Notes under the pieces: model-generated
Databases searched by the model: none
Told to the model about the DNA's origin: nothing
Seen by the model: only the letters and a program-made list of their open reading frames with translations
Virus record (IMG/VR): IMGVR_UViG_3300002182_000011
Span: 1 to 39,877 of that record
DNA length: 39,877 nucleotides
Direction: 5' to 3' (one strand)
Origin: a virus
Lineage: Duplodnaviria > Caudoviricetes
Part shown: positions 17,440-26,576 of the stretch, one piece after another
Layout: every line of letters starts with the position of its first letter
Position numbering within the stretch: position 1 is the stretch's first letter
Position numbers and translations under genes: made by a program

Positions 17440-17610
17440 GCTCTTTTTTTTCAGTGCAAGAGCTTGCACCAAAATTTGAGGTTTTGACTTACTTCGGTGA
17501 GAGCTCATATCTGAGATTTTAACCTTCTTCGGCGAGAGCTCTGATAGTATTACGGCCCATCTCCCCGATGGATGCCCCCCCTATGCCAAAAAAAATAAAA
17601 AAAATCTTTG

Positions 17611-18069
17611 CTATAATATTCCTTTTTCTTTCAAGGATATATATTTTTCTTTTCCTATAATAACATGATCTATAACTTCAATTCCTATTATTTTCCCCGC
17701 CTCAACAAGCTTTTTTGTGATTTCTACATCATCCTCAGAAGGGTAAGGGTCTCCAGAGGGATGATTATGCGCTAAAATTATCTGGGCCACTCCCACCAAA
17801 ATAGCAGTCCTAAAAACTTCCCGCGGATGCACCAAAGAAGCATTTAAACTTCCTACGCTGACAATATCAATATATTTAACCTTGTTTCGTGTGTCTAAAC
17901 CAATGACAAACTCCCTCTCTTTTTCCTGTTCTACAATATCAAGGGTTGAAAGATAAGCGGAAATATACCGAAAAACATCGCGAGGATATGAGATTTTAGT
18001 TTCTCCTTGTGTTGTTTCTCTGAGCTTGTAGATTTTGCTTAGAGCTTCTTGAGGAAGAGCTACTAACAT
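17611..18069 (-). CDS. radC: RadC-like JAB/MPN domain protein
   Basis: VHPREVFR, ILAHNHPSGDPYPSEDD and VIDHVII motifs. Confidence 0.92.
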   Translation of the reverse strand: MLVALPQEALSKIYKLRETTQGETKISYPRDVFRYISAYLSTLDIVEQEKEREFVIGLDTRNKVKYIDIVSVGSLNASLVHPREVFRTAILVGVAQIILAHNHPSGDPYPSEDDVEITKKLVEAGKIIGIEVIDHVIIGKEKYISLKEKGIL

Positions 18070-18233
18070 CTTTTATCACCTCCTTTTTTATCTTTCATCT
18101 TTCACTTTATATATACGTTCAATTTTGTAAAAACTATGCCAAAAAAAATAAAAAAATATCTATAAATAAAAAGCCTCGCTTTCGGCTATGTGCCTACTTG
18201 CGAGGATTGGCAAGATTTCTTCTTTTTCGTTTC

Positions 18234-18425
18234 CTATAAATATTTCACTAATTCTAGATATTTTTCTGTCAGCACATCATAGAAAATTTCTACTGCTTTC
18301 TGGTAGGAATGCTCCCAATCTATGGTAGCAAACATCCTTTGAATGTGTTCTGTTTTTCCTTCTTTTTCCAGTTGGGAAGCTGTATTCAGAAACTTTTCAA
18401 TTTGGGGTCGGGCATATAGTATCAT
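18234..18425 (-). CDS. Hypothetical accessory protein
   Basis: Probable start MILYARP after SD GGAGGTGA. Confidence 0.65.
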   Translation of the reverse strand: MILYARPQIEKFLNTASQLEKEGKTEHIQRMFATIDWEHSYQKAVEIFYDVLTEKYLELVKYL

Positions 18426-18512
18426 TTTTTCACCTCCTTTCATTTTTATATATACGCCTACTTGCGAGGCTGGATTTTTGCTTTTTATATTTTCCAAAAT
18501 GGTATATGTTTT

Positions 18513-18947
18513 CTATTGCTTTTTCCCGAAAATATATACTCCCCAAGTAGGACCAAATTTAAAACTCGCCTCCCAATATACACATATCACTGAAGAATAT
18601 TTTTCTTTACTCATTTTGTTAAAGAAATTGAGCGCTTCCTTTTCTTGCAACTTTCTCCTATATATTTCTGATATCAGTTTCGCACAAGAAGTTATGCCCA
18701 TGTCCTCTGCTTCCAGAGAAGGTTCCCAGTGTATATCTCCAGGTAAACTGCCAAAATTATCTCCTATATATAACTCTTCATATCCTTTGGGAGTTTCTAC
18801 GTCCCAATATTCTTTTTTTCTTACTTCATCCCAATCTACTATCGTTTCATACAGTTCTGGTTCTGCTTCACTGGGAATTTCCCAAGCAGAAACTTTTGCT
18901 CTCATGTGTTCAGCCCAGCCTTTTTCAATCTTCTTTCTGTTCTCCAT
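18513..18947 (-). CDS. Hypothetical accessory protein
   Basis: Probable start MENRKK after SD GGAGGTGA. Confidence 0.7.
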   Translation of the reverse strand: MENRKKIEKGWAEHMRAKVSAWEIPSEAEPELYETIVDWDEVRKKEYWDVETPKGYEELYIGDNFGSLPGDIHWEPSLEAEDMGITSCAKLISEIYRRKLQEKEALNFFNKMSKEKYSSVICVYWEASFKFGPTWGVYIFGKKQ

Positions 18948-19079
18948 ATTCTCACCTCCTTTTTTATCATCTTCCATTTTATATATACGTTCAATTTTGT
19001 AAAAACTTCCAAGAATTTGTAAGCAAAAGATTGGCATTGTTTTTTATTTTGTTATATTTTTCATCTTTTACCTCCTTTT

Positions 19080-19706
19080 TCACTTCAAAATTTCAAAAAT
19101 CTGTATTTGCGGAGTTGTTTTCTTTGTTTTCTCAACTTGTGCTATTTCTGTAAGATGTGAAAATGTAAGTTCTTTCTGTGTAAGGGAAAGTAAAAATCCT
19201 ATTTTATTTTCTATTGTTCTGGCCTCTATTATACCTAAATAAGAGTAATAAGATTTTGTAGGGACGACAACACATAAACCAATAACATCTTTTTCTATCA
19301 TATATTTTGCCAATCTAATTATGTCTGCTTCTTCGCTCCACAGCTCAAAGACTTTTTCCACCAAAAAATTCTCTTTCATTTCATACGGCACAAACTTTTT
19401 TATTTCAATTGTTTCCGTCCGCTCAAATGGCTTGACTGGGATTTCTTTGCCGTCCAAAACTTGGTATGCTTGAATATTCCCCACTGCTGGCTCTCCGTTT
19501 TCTTTCCTCCTCCACTCTAAATGGCGAGGCTCTCCGATATATTTTCTTTCAACCTCTTTTCCTTCCTCATCTTTAAATATTATGGTAGGTAATATATCTT
19601 TAGCAGTTATCCTTTTGTATCGGATAGGAATTTCTAAATCTAATTCCTTAGCTATAAGCTTGCCTGTATATCCTTCTGGCTTTTTTATTATATCCTTCAC
19701 TTTCAT
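19080..19706 (-). CDS. Divergent Ku-like DNA end-binding protein (tentative)
   Basis: Ordered similarity to the prokaryotic Ku core: EIPIRY, TETIEIKKFVP, EKVFEL, RLAKYMIEKDVIGLCVVV. Confidence 0.55.
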   Translation of the reverse strand: MKVKDIIKKPEGYTGKLIAKELDLEIPIRYKRITAKDILPTIIFKDEEGKEVERKYIGEPRHLEWRRKENGEPAVGNIQAYQVLDGKEIPVKPFERTETIEIKKFVPYEMKENFLVEKVFELWSEEADIIRLAKYMIEKDVIGLCVVVPTKSYYSYLGIIEARTIENKIGFLLSLTQKELTFSHLTEIAQVEKTKKTTPQIQIFEILK

Positions 19707-19720
19707 CTTTTACCTCCTTT

Positions 19721-19951
19721 CTATAATCTTGTTTGCAGTATTTCCCGGAGTTTCTCTAATTGCTCTCTCATTTCAGAGATATGAGAAAGCATTTTTTCTC
19801 CAATTTCTACCAGTCGAAGCCTCCAATCATTGAGTTTTTCCCGCAATTCCTCTACTTTCACATAAGGATTTTGCTCTTCGTGTCTCCATTTCTCCATAGC
19901 TTCTACCTCCTTTTCATAATCTATGGGGTCTTTTGGTGTAAATTTTTCCAT
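19721..19951 (-). CDS. Small coiled-coil protein
   Basis: SD GGAGGTGA; heptad-rich C-terminus. Confidence 0.65.
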   Translation of the reverse strand: MEKFTPKDPIDYEKEVEAMEKWRHEEQNPYVKVEELREKLNDWRLRLVEIGEKMLSHISEMREQLEKLREILQTRL

Positions 19952-20019
19952 TTTTCTCACCTCCTTTCACTTTTATATATACGTTCATTTTTGCTCAGTG
20001 CAAGCTCTTGCACCAAAAA

Positions 20020-20184
20020 TTAACTCCACTCTTCCCACTCTCCTTCCCCATCGCATTTCTCACAGCCTCTCCCATAGCAGTATGCACAAACATATCTTCT
20101 ACAAGTATATGTTGCTACAGAGTTTCCGCTCCTTACATTTTTCCTTTCCTCTGAAATCAAAATTCCTTCCCTTTCTTCTTTCAT
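20020..20184 (-). CDS. Small protein with a DnaJ-type zinc finger (54 aa)
   Basis: CAYCYGRGCEKCDGEG; SD GGAGGTGA. Confidence 0.65.
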   Translation of the reverse strand: MKEEREGILISEERKNVRSGNSVATYTCRRYVCAYCYGRGCEKCDGEGEWEEWS

Positions 20185-20187
20185 TTC

Positions 20188-20325
20188 TCACCTCCTTTTT
20201 ATATCTTGCTTAAGAAGCCACTTTTCATATTTCGGACACCTTTCGTCCTCTCCCCAACATAAGTTTTCTATATATAACCTACATTTTTCGCATATTTCTA
20301 CTATTTCCTTTTCATTTCTTTCCAT
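20188..20325 (-). CDS. Small Cys-containing protein (45 aa)
   Basis: MERNEKEIVEICEKC...LCWGEDERCPKYEK; SD GGAGGTGA. Confidence 0.55.
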   Translation of the reverse strand: MERNEKEIVEICEKCRLYIENLCWGEDERCPKYEKWLLKQDIKRR

Positions 20326-20413
20326 TTTTTCACCTCCTTTTTAATAATAAAATAAGTTTCACACCAAATAGGTATAAAAATTATAAATAAGAAAAATATA
20401 AAAAATATCATTT

Positions 20414-20677
20414 TCATCTTTCATTCCTCCTAATTACATCATCAAAAGCACACTCTATGCATGCTCCACAATCACACCTTTCCAACAGCTTTTTGATTTT
20501 TTCTACTATTTCTCTCAAATCAGTTTTAATACCTTCTTTTTCTAATATTGCTTTTACATCTGCTCCCGACCACGTGATTAAAGCTTCGTTTTCTGGTATA
20601 GCTAACTCCTCTACTTTAACTATACCCATCGCCAAACTTTCTAAATCCCATTTAGATACTAAATACATTTTTACCAC
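20414..20677 (-). CDS. Hypothetical accessory protein
   Basis: 87 aa ORF with SD AGGAGGT. Confidence 0.6.
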   Translation of the reverse strand: MVKMYLVSKWDLESLAMGIVKVEELAIPENEALITWSGADVKAILEKEGIKTDLREIVEKIKKLLERCDCGACIECAFDDVIRRNER

Positions 20678-20683
20678 CTCCTT

Positions 20684-21463
20684 TCATTTAATATATACGC
20701 TCAAATTTTCTTTCTTCAAATCTTCTCTTAACCGTTTTATGCGAGGATGTCGCAAGTGAATTCCGTGATTTTTTATTATTCCTAAATACTGAACCTCTAC
20801 AATAATAGAAGGATTTTTGAAATAATAATTGTCTTGGTCTTCTTTTTCAATTTCCATATCTTTAATTTTTTCTTGTATTTCTGTAAAACCATTTAAAGAA
20901 CAGTGTCCAAATACTTTTCCTTCTATTCCTACCGCAACAGAAAATTTATTCTTTCTTACTCCTAAAATCAACAAATCAATCGTTTTATCTGGCTTATATT
21001 TTATCCAGGTGGAAGAAGTTTTCCCTAAAATTGGCTTTATTACTGCTCCTTCGTAGCCTTCTTTTATCCAGATTTCAGCAAATTTTTGAACCTCAATATA
21101 GGAATAAGCAGTAATGCCATTTATGCGGTTAGGTAAAAAAGCTGTCAAATACAATTGTTCAATATAAGGAATATTAGCTTCATAAATTCCTAATATTTTG
21201 TATTTTAGCTTTGGAGAATTATTTTTGAGATGAGGTAAAGCCTCATAAAAATTGCATTTTCCATCTCCATAATACAGCTCTCCAATAAGCTTCATATCTT
21301 TAGGCAAGTTTTCACATAGGGGAAGCCATCTTTCTGTTCCATAGCGATTGATAAGCTTTTCTCCATCCCAGATGTTCAATTCTCCATCATATTTAGGCTC
21401 TACTCTGGCAGGTAAAACAACTTTGGAAAGGTCTTCCGATAGGCTTGGAAATTCAATCTTCAT
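20684..21463 (-). CDS. Minimal ATP-dependent DNA ligase
   Basis: Motif I EPKYDGE, III LIGELY, IV EGAVIK, V WIKYK, and OB-domain LRHPRIKRLRED; start at 21463 after GGAGGTGA. Confidence 0.9.
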   Translation of the reverse strand: MKIEFPSLSEDLSKVVLPARVEPKYDGELNIWDGEKLINRYGTERWLPLCENLPKDMKLIGELYYGDGKCNFYEALPHLKNNSPKLKYKILGIYEANIPYIEQLYLTAFLPNRINGITAYSYIEVQKFAEIWIKEGYEGAVIKPILGKTSSTWIKYKPDKTIDLLILGVRKNKFSVAVGIEGKVFGHCSLNGFTEIQEKIKDMEIEKEDQDNYYFKNPSIIVEVQYLGIIKNHGIHLRHPRIKRLREDLKKENLSVYIK

Positions 21464-21663
21464 CTTTTCATCACCTCCTTCATCTTTCATCTTCTCCGCT
21501 TATATATATACGCTCAATTTTGCAAAAACTCAATAAAAAAGTAAAAAAATTCCTAATAAAATTCTAATCAATCTTCCAATTTGAAAAAATAAACGAGGTT
21601 CAAATGCCCAAAGAATAGATAAAATCCCATCAATTATTAAGATTATCCCAATAACTTTAAGTA

Positions 21664-22383
21664 TCATTTTTTTCTTTTTTCTTTTATTTGCGCTTGAGCT
21701 AAAGCATTTCTCATTGTTCCAAAATGTCTTTTAACACTTGAACTTTTATTTTGAGTAAATTTATCAAATGTCCACGCTCCAAAAGGTCTTTTTACAATAT
21801 TATAAACTCTTTTAATCTCATTTAATAGAAATTCATCAGTATATCTATTTCCTATTTTTATATCAGCATTAGGAAAACTCTCTAAGTATTTTTTCATTTT
21901 TATGTAAGTCCATTTAGTTCTTTTTGTTCCCCGATTTAATTTATCATTTAATTTTGCAATTGTTAATAAATCTTCTTTCGTTCTATGTTTCCATTTTCTT
22001 TTATTCATATAATTTATAATTTTACTCCAAATTTCAAAATCTTTCTTTTTTATTTTTAAAGAGTATTTTTTAAAAAAATCTATTAATTGTCTACATGCTG
22101 TTGTCTCGCATTGTAAAATCGCTCTTTTAGAAATTTTATTTTCTTTTTTCTTTTTATAAATATTAATAATTGGTTTTCTTATCTTAATTCCAAAGAAGTT
22201 TTTGAGATTTTTTTGAATATATAGCAATGTGGGATACTCTTTTTCATTTAAAGTAATAATAAATCGGGGATGAATTTGTAAAGCGAAATTTGAATGAGGA
22301 ACTTTACGAATAGCGATATTAAAACATCCTTCTCCATCTACCAATCCCGAAAACCAATATCCAAATTTATCTTTTTTATTCAT
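21664..22383 (-). CDS. Free-standing LAGLIDADG homing endonuclease with a C-terminal endonuclease-associated repeat
   Basis: WFSGLVDGEGCF motif; C-terminal YTDEFLLNEIKR...RHFGTMRNAL. Confidence 0.88.
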   Translation of the reverse strand: MNKKDKFGYWFSGLVDGEGCFNIAIRKVPHSNFALQIHPRFIITLNEKEYPTLLYIQKNLKNFFGIKIRKPIINIYKKKKENKISKRAILQCETTACRQLIDFFKKYSLKIKKKDFEIWSKIINYMNKRKWKHRTKEDLLTIAKLNDKLNRGTKRTKWTYIKMKKYLESFPNADIKIGNRYTDEFLLNEIKRVYNIVKRPFGAWTFDKFTQNKSSSVKRHFGTMRNALAQAQIKEKRKK

Positions 22384-22390
22384 AATTTAA

Positions 22391-22419
22391 ATTATATACC
22401 AAGTCGAAAATATTGTCAA
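22391..22419 (-). promoter_or_regulatory. Consensus sigma70 promoter for the LAGLIDADG gene (leaderless)
   Basis: TTGACA-17 nt-TATAAT, ATG 7 nt downstream, no SD. Confidence 0.78.
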
Positions 22420-23189
22420 GACTTTTTTTTCTTTTTCATCTCAAAATACTCATCTATTTCCTTTTGGGAATAACAACCTCTTTTATCTTCGCCTTCTAAA
22501 AAATACTCGCAATATGAGCATTGATAATCTTCAAAAAGATTAAAATCTCTTGGTGGAAGTATATTTGTTTCTAAGCACATTTGCAATATCTTCCAGCGCC
22601 AGATGATTTTTACAAAATATATTCCCTTTTCTTCTATCTCTTTTTTTGTTATCCTAAATCCGCTCCTTCTTGCTGTATTATCTCTTGAACCATAGGGAAC
22701 AATTGCTGTATTAAGTCCTAATACTGCCATATAGACTAATATTTGTGGAAGATTTTCTATTTTGGGCTCATTTGCTACTGAAGAGTAAAATGCTTCCCCG
22801 TAAGCACTTTTGCACTCTATTATTTCTTTATCTTTAGTTATCCCATCTACTCTCCCCGCGATAGGTATTCCCATAATTTCTACAAAAAAAGGAAATTGCT
22901 TATGTTTTAATAATCCTGCTTTTTCATAGGCTTCCAAAAATGCTTCTTCATATGCTTCCCCTAATCTAATTGCCAACCAAGAACGATAGACTAATTTGTT
23001 TGTTGGCTTAATTCCTTTCCATTGATAGTATTGTTTTCGTAAACAAGCAGACCATCCTCCAATAACTTTTCCATTTACAATACAAGAAGCATTTGAAGGA
23101 TAGAAAGCAGTGGGAATTTCTATTTCATCACTAAGTTTATGGATATATTCCTCAATGGGATTAAAGATAGAATTATCTTTCATATTCAT
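22416..23189 (-). CDS. Cas4-like PD-(D/E)XK exonuclease
   Basis: CLRKQYY, GRVD, IECKS, QILVY and C-terminal CSYC...C Fe-S-type ligands. Confidence 0.85.
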   Translation of the reverse strand: MNMKDNSIFNPIEEYIHKLSDEIEIPTAFYPSNASCIVNGKVIGGWSACLRKQYYQWKGIKPTNKLVYRSWLAIRLGEAYEEAFLEAYEKAGLLKHKQFPFFVEIMGIPIAGRVDGITKDKEIIECKSAYGEAFYSSVANEPKIENLPQILVYMAVLGLNTAIVPYGSRDNTARRSGFRITKKEIEEKGIYFVKIIWRWKILQMCLETNILPPRDFNLFEDYQCSYCEYFLEGEDKRGCYSQKEIDEYFEMKKKKKS

Positions 23190-23199
23190 CCTCCTTTAT

Positions 23200-23466
23200 T
23201 TATATATATTCGTATTCATCAGTTTCTTTATTATATGCCTTAAGATAAAATTTTCCTTTTTCCTCATCATGAATTATTTGTAAAAGTCCTTCATCGATTA
23301 ATTTTATAATTATTTCTTCAGCCTCATCTCCACCTAATTTTCTAAACTCAGGACTTTTTTCTCTTAAAGCTTCAGCAAATTGTCTAACTAAAACTAACAT
23401 CACTTCTCTAAGTTTACCCTTAAGTTTTGTAATTGGGACTTTAGGCTTTATAATCGGCATCTTCAA
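23200..23466 (-). CDS. Hypothetical protein
   Basis: 88 aa ORF within the operon. Confidence 0.6.
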   Translation of the reverse strand: MKMPIIKPKVPITKLKGKLREVMLVLVRQFAEALREKSPEFRKLGGDEAEEIIIKLIDEGLLQIIHDEEKGKFYLKAYNKETDEYEYI

Positions 23467-23785
23467 TTTTTGTTCTATATGGTTCTTTTTGATATTTTTT
23501 CCAAAACCAAATTTCTAATTGTGCAATTGAAGGAAGTTCTTCTCTAAATTTTCTTATTTTTTCAATTTCTTTTTTCTTTATTTTGGAAGTTCCTGATTTG
23601 TTTTGAATAAACAAAAATAAAGGAAGTTCATAGGAACAGAAATCTAAATTCTTTTTCTTCCACGCAATTATGTCTACAATCCCATGAGAACCTCTTGAAG
23701 AAATACATCCATAACCTAATTTTTTAAGAAAATTCATTGCTTTTCTTTCGTAATAATAACCAATTTGATAAGGAGTTCTTTTCAT
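23441..23785 (-). CDS. Hjc-like Holliday junction resolvase (PD-(D/E)XK)
   Basis: GYYYER...LKKLGY...GSHGIVDIIA...FIQNK. Confidence 0.78.
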   Translation of the reverse strand: MKRTPYQIGYYYERKAMNFLKKLGYGCISSRGSHGIVDIIAWKKKNLDFCSYELPLFLFIQNKSGTSKIKKKEIEKIRKFREELPSIAQLEIWFWKKYQKEPYRTKIEDADYKA

Positions 23786-23977
23786 TTATATTTTATCTAT
23801 TATTTTTACCAAAGTTTTTTTATTTGTTGCATAAATAACTGCTAACGCAAGATAGCCCTTTTTATATCTAATATGTCTTAGAAGATGATTTTTTACTACC
23901 CAACCTAAATGCTCTTTATGTCTCTTTTCAAGTCCTTTAATATTTATAAACATAGTCCAGATTTTATAGTTTTTCAT
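23786..23977 (-). CDS. Hypothetical protein
   Basis: 63 aa ORF abutting both neighbours. Confidence 0.5.
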   Translation of the reverse strand: MKNYKIWTMFINIKGLEKRHKEHLGWVVKNHLLRHIRYKKGYLALAVIYATNKKTLVKIIDKI

Positions 23978-24203
23978 AGGTAGTGATTTTGTATGATATT
24001 TTTCCTTCTATAGTTTGAACTTTTATTTCTATTCCGTTTTCAGTTTCAATTATTTTTATATCCTGTGGATTGATTAATAAAATTAATCCGTTATTTAATA
24101 TTTTAAGTCCTTGAAGGTATTTTACAAGTGGAGAAGCAGGATTTATTACAAAAATCTGCTTTTTAAAAAAGTCAATCATTAAAACTTCATCAATTTTATC
24201 CAT
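23964..24203 (-). CDS. Hypothetical protein
   Basis: 79 aa ORF, SD GAGGTGA. Confidence 0.6.
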   Translation of the reverse strand: MDKIDEVLMIDFFKKQIFVINPASPLVKYLQGLKILNNGLILLINPQDIKIIETENGIEIKVQTIEGKISYKITTYEKL

Positions 24204-24224
24204 AATTCACCTCTTTAATAAGGT

Positions 24225-24557
24225 CTATTCTTCTGGTAAAAGTATAAGTATTTTCTTCAATTTTCCAAAAGTTATTTGCTCTACAAATTTAACTCTTATT
24301 TTTTTGCCTATCCAATTATCCGTATTATTTCCCCAAGCATCAATCAACGCTTTTAAGGAAGTTTTGTTATATGTAAGAACCTTTTCTGTCCCATCTGAAA
24401 GCCTAACTCTTCCTTGCACTACTCTTTTCAATCCAGAGCCATCTTTTGCAGGAGAAAAATCAAAATCTTTTTCTTCAGGAGCAGTCGTAATCAGCAAGAC
24501 TTCATTTTCTTTCACATCTCCAACACGTAAAAAATTAGAAATGTTTATTATGGGCAT
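24225..24557 (-). CDS. Putative single-stranded DNA-binding protein
   Basis: NKTSLKALIDAWGNNTDNWIGKKI motif of small phage OB-fold SSB-like proteins; sits in the recombination module. Confidence 0.6.
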   Translation of the reverse strand: MPIINISNFLRVGDVKENEVLLITTAPEEKDFDFSPAKDGSGLKRVVQGRVRLSDGTEKVLTYNKTSLKALIDAWGNNTDNWIGKKIRVKFVEQITFGKLKKILILLPEE

Positions 24558-24753
24558 TGCTCACCTCCTTTTTCTTTTTACTTGCTTTTTTGTTTTCCTA
24601 AACATTTCTTTTGTGAGGAATTCATCCCATTCTCATCTTCTTTAGACATTTCCCATCTGTTCTGTTTAACTTTTAATTTGATTTTATACTTACTTGGGCT
24701 TGGTGCAGTAAGCACTTTATTCATCTTATACCTCCTTTATAAGTTTTTTAACT

Positions 24754-25194
24754 TCAGATTATATTTTTATATTTTCCTCTCAAAAAATCAAATTTCTTTA
24801 ATCTATTCTCATCCTTCTTTTCTGCTTCCAAAATTTCTTTTATTTTATTCTTAATTTTTATCTTGTCCTCATCTTCCACAAATTGCAAACACCAAACAAG
24901 CCACTCTAATTGAGCTGTCGTATTCCAAAAAATTTGTGCTTGCTTTTCATAAAATCTATCTACTTCAGGATTTTCAGCTAAAAAACTTCCCCAATTTATT
25001 CTCACTTTTTCAGAATTATCCAATCCTTCATATTCTTGCAATATTAATGGCTTTTGGGGAACTTTTTGATATTTAAAACTATCTAAAATATTTACAGTCC
25101 AAAAAGCACATTTTTTGTCAAATTCTTCCTTTGTAATTCGTTTTTCTTTTAAATCTTTAAGTAATTCCTTCATTTTTTCAAATTCTTTTTCCAT
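24754..25194 (-). CDS. Hypothetical protein (replication module)
   Basis: 146 aa ORF, SD AAGGAG. Confidence 0.6.
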   Translation of the reverse strand: MEKEFEKMKELLKDLKEKRITKEEFDKKCAFWTVNILDSFKYQKVPQKPLILQEYEGLDNSEKVRINWGSFLAENPEVDRFYEKQAQIFWNTTAQLEWLVWCLQFVEDEDKIKIKNKIKEILEAEKKDENRLKKFDFLRGKYKNII

Positions 25195-25206
25195 CTTTTC
25201 TCCTTT

Positions 25207-25980
25207 TTATTTTTTGTATTTGTCTAATGGAGATATTTGTTTAAAGCAATCTGCCCATTTTTTAACGACTGTCTCTAAAGTCCATCTATCTTTAAATTCT
25301 TGATTGCACCAAGAAATAGCTTTCTTTGCCTTATTTACGTCATATTTAGCTAAATCTAAAATATGTTTTGCTGTTTTAAAGTTTCTTCCCCAAAAAGAAT
25401 TGTCTAATTCCTCTCGGTTATATTTCTTTAATTGAATGTAATATTCCACAACTTCCACAAGCATATCTCTTAACTTTTGAGATTTTACATCTAATACTTT
25501 AGGAGCTTTATAGAGACGCACAACTAAAGAAAGCTTTTTATCAGGAGAAGTTATTTTTAAAACTTTCAAATTTTGCTGATTTTTCCACCAATCAGTTATT
25601 CCCCATTCGTCTATCTTCTCAATAATAGGAGAAAAAGGTTTAGGGATAGAAAAATCTATATAATTATGAATAAGTTTAGACCAAGAAATATTTTTTCCTT
25701 CAGGTAGTTGTTCCCATAAAAGATTTAATTTAGGAAATTTCTTTCTGAAAGCATAACAATATTGTAGCTCTCTTTCTTTGATATGCACATCTTCTTCTAA
25801 AGCCATTAAATCTTCTGCAGAAAGCTCACCGCCTTGAGTATATTCATAAATAGCATCCCCTATTTTCCACTTCATTTCTATAACTTTTTCTCTCATCAAT
25901 GTAATATTTTCCACTATTATGTTTTTAATTTCTTCTACTAAATGAATATATTTTTCATCTTTTTTTTGTAATGCTTTCAT
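25207..25980 (-). CDS. DNA-binding protein with a DUF1016-N-like helical domain; possible replication initiator or regulator
   Basis: KWKIGDAI...LQYCYAFRKKFP...ISWS pattern; C-terminal KKAISW...WTLETV. Confidence 0.5.
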   Translation of the reverse strand: MKALQKKDEKYIHLVEEIKNIIVENITLMREKVIEMKWKIGDAIYEYTQGGELSAEDLMALEEDVHIKERELQYCYAFRKKFPKLNLLWEQLPEGKNISWSKLIHNYIDFSIPKPFSPIIEKIDEWGITDWWKNQQNLKVLKITSPDKKLSLVVRLYKAPKVLDVKSQKLRDMLVEVVEYYIQLKKYNREELDNSFWGRNFKTAKHILDLAKYDVNKAKKAISWCNQEFKDRWTLETVVKKWADCFKQISPLDKYKK

Positions 25981-26228
25981 TTCATCTCCTTTCTTTTAAT
26001 TAAATCTCGTAGATATTGAAAATTTTGGAAAAGTGAATATGCATCTATTTGAGATTGTCTTGTCCAGTATTTTTCTACTAAAGCATCGAGATTATCTCCT
26101 TTTAAAACAAATAGAAAATAATCATAAGGCGTGGGCTCTAAATTGGAGAGTTTTGCACCGCAGGTTAAAAGATACGATGCTTCATATATGTCTTTAGTTT
26201 TGTATTGAGTTTCCATATTTTGGTTCAT
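25977..26228 (-). CDS. DUF5659-like protein
   Basis: YKTKDIYEASYLLTCGAKL motif. Confidence 0.65.
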   Translation of the reverse strand: MNQNMETQYKTKDIYEASYLLTCGAKLSNLEPTPYDYFLFVLKGDNLDALVEKYWTRQSQIDAYSLFQNFQYLRDLIKRKEMK

Positions 26229-26394
26229 CGTTAATCATTTTTTATTTCTTCTGCTAAATCTAAAAATAAATCTTTTTTTATTCTAAAACATTCCCCACAT
26301 TCTTCTCAACCCTGTTCCTCTTGGTGGTAATTTGCTTCCCTTTCCGTATTTTCTTTCGTGAGTTTTTCTTCTTTCGGCATCTGTTTTAGGTTTA

Positions 26395-26520
26395 CCTAAT
26401 CTTTCTCTTGGGAACATTTCTTTTCCTCCATTCGTAACCACATCTTCTACACCAAAAGGCGTTTTTACGTTTCATATAAAGAATATCTTTACTTTGACAT
26501 GATGGACATATTGGTCTCAT
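26395..26520 (-). CDS. Small zinc-ribbon protein
   Basis: MRPICPSCQSKD...FWCRRCGYEW; SD GGAGG; first gene after the promoter at 26541. Confidence 0.65.
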
Positions 26521-26540
26521 CCTTAACCTCCACATACACA

Positions 26541-26568
26541 ATTATAGCATATTTCAAAAATTTGTCAA
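26541..26568 (-). promoter_or_regulatory. Sigma70 promoter for the replication/recombination operon
   Basis: TTGACA-16 nt-TATAAT with a TG extended -10. Confidence 0.75.
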
Positions 26569-26576
26569 GAAAAAAA

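Noticed and set aside
18126-18142. Sigma54 promoter (TGGCATAGTTTTTAC on the minus strand)
   Set aside because: The -12 GC is replaced by AC and the pattern is not kept at the other copies of the promoter element.
18107-21520. Archaeal host inferred from TATA-like boxes and the Hjc-like gene
   Set aside because: Three consensus TTGACA/TATAAT promoters and the short motif-to-SD distances fit a bacterial host better, although the host remains unidentified.
22416-23189. CRISPR-Cas locus
   Set aside because: This is a solo Cas4-like nuclease typical of phage recombination modules; no cas1/cas2 and no repeat-spacer array were seen.
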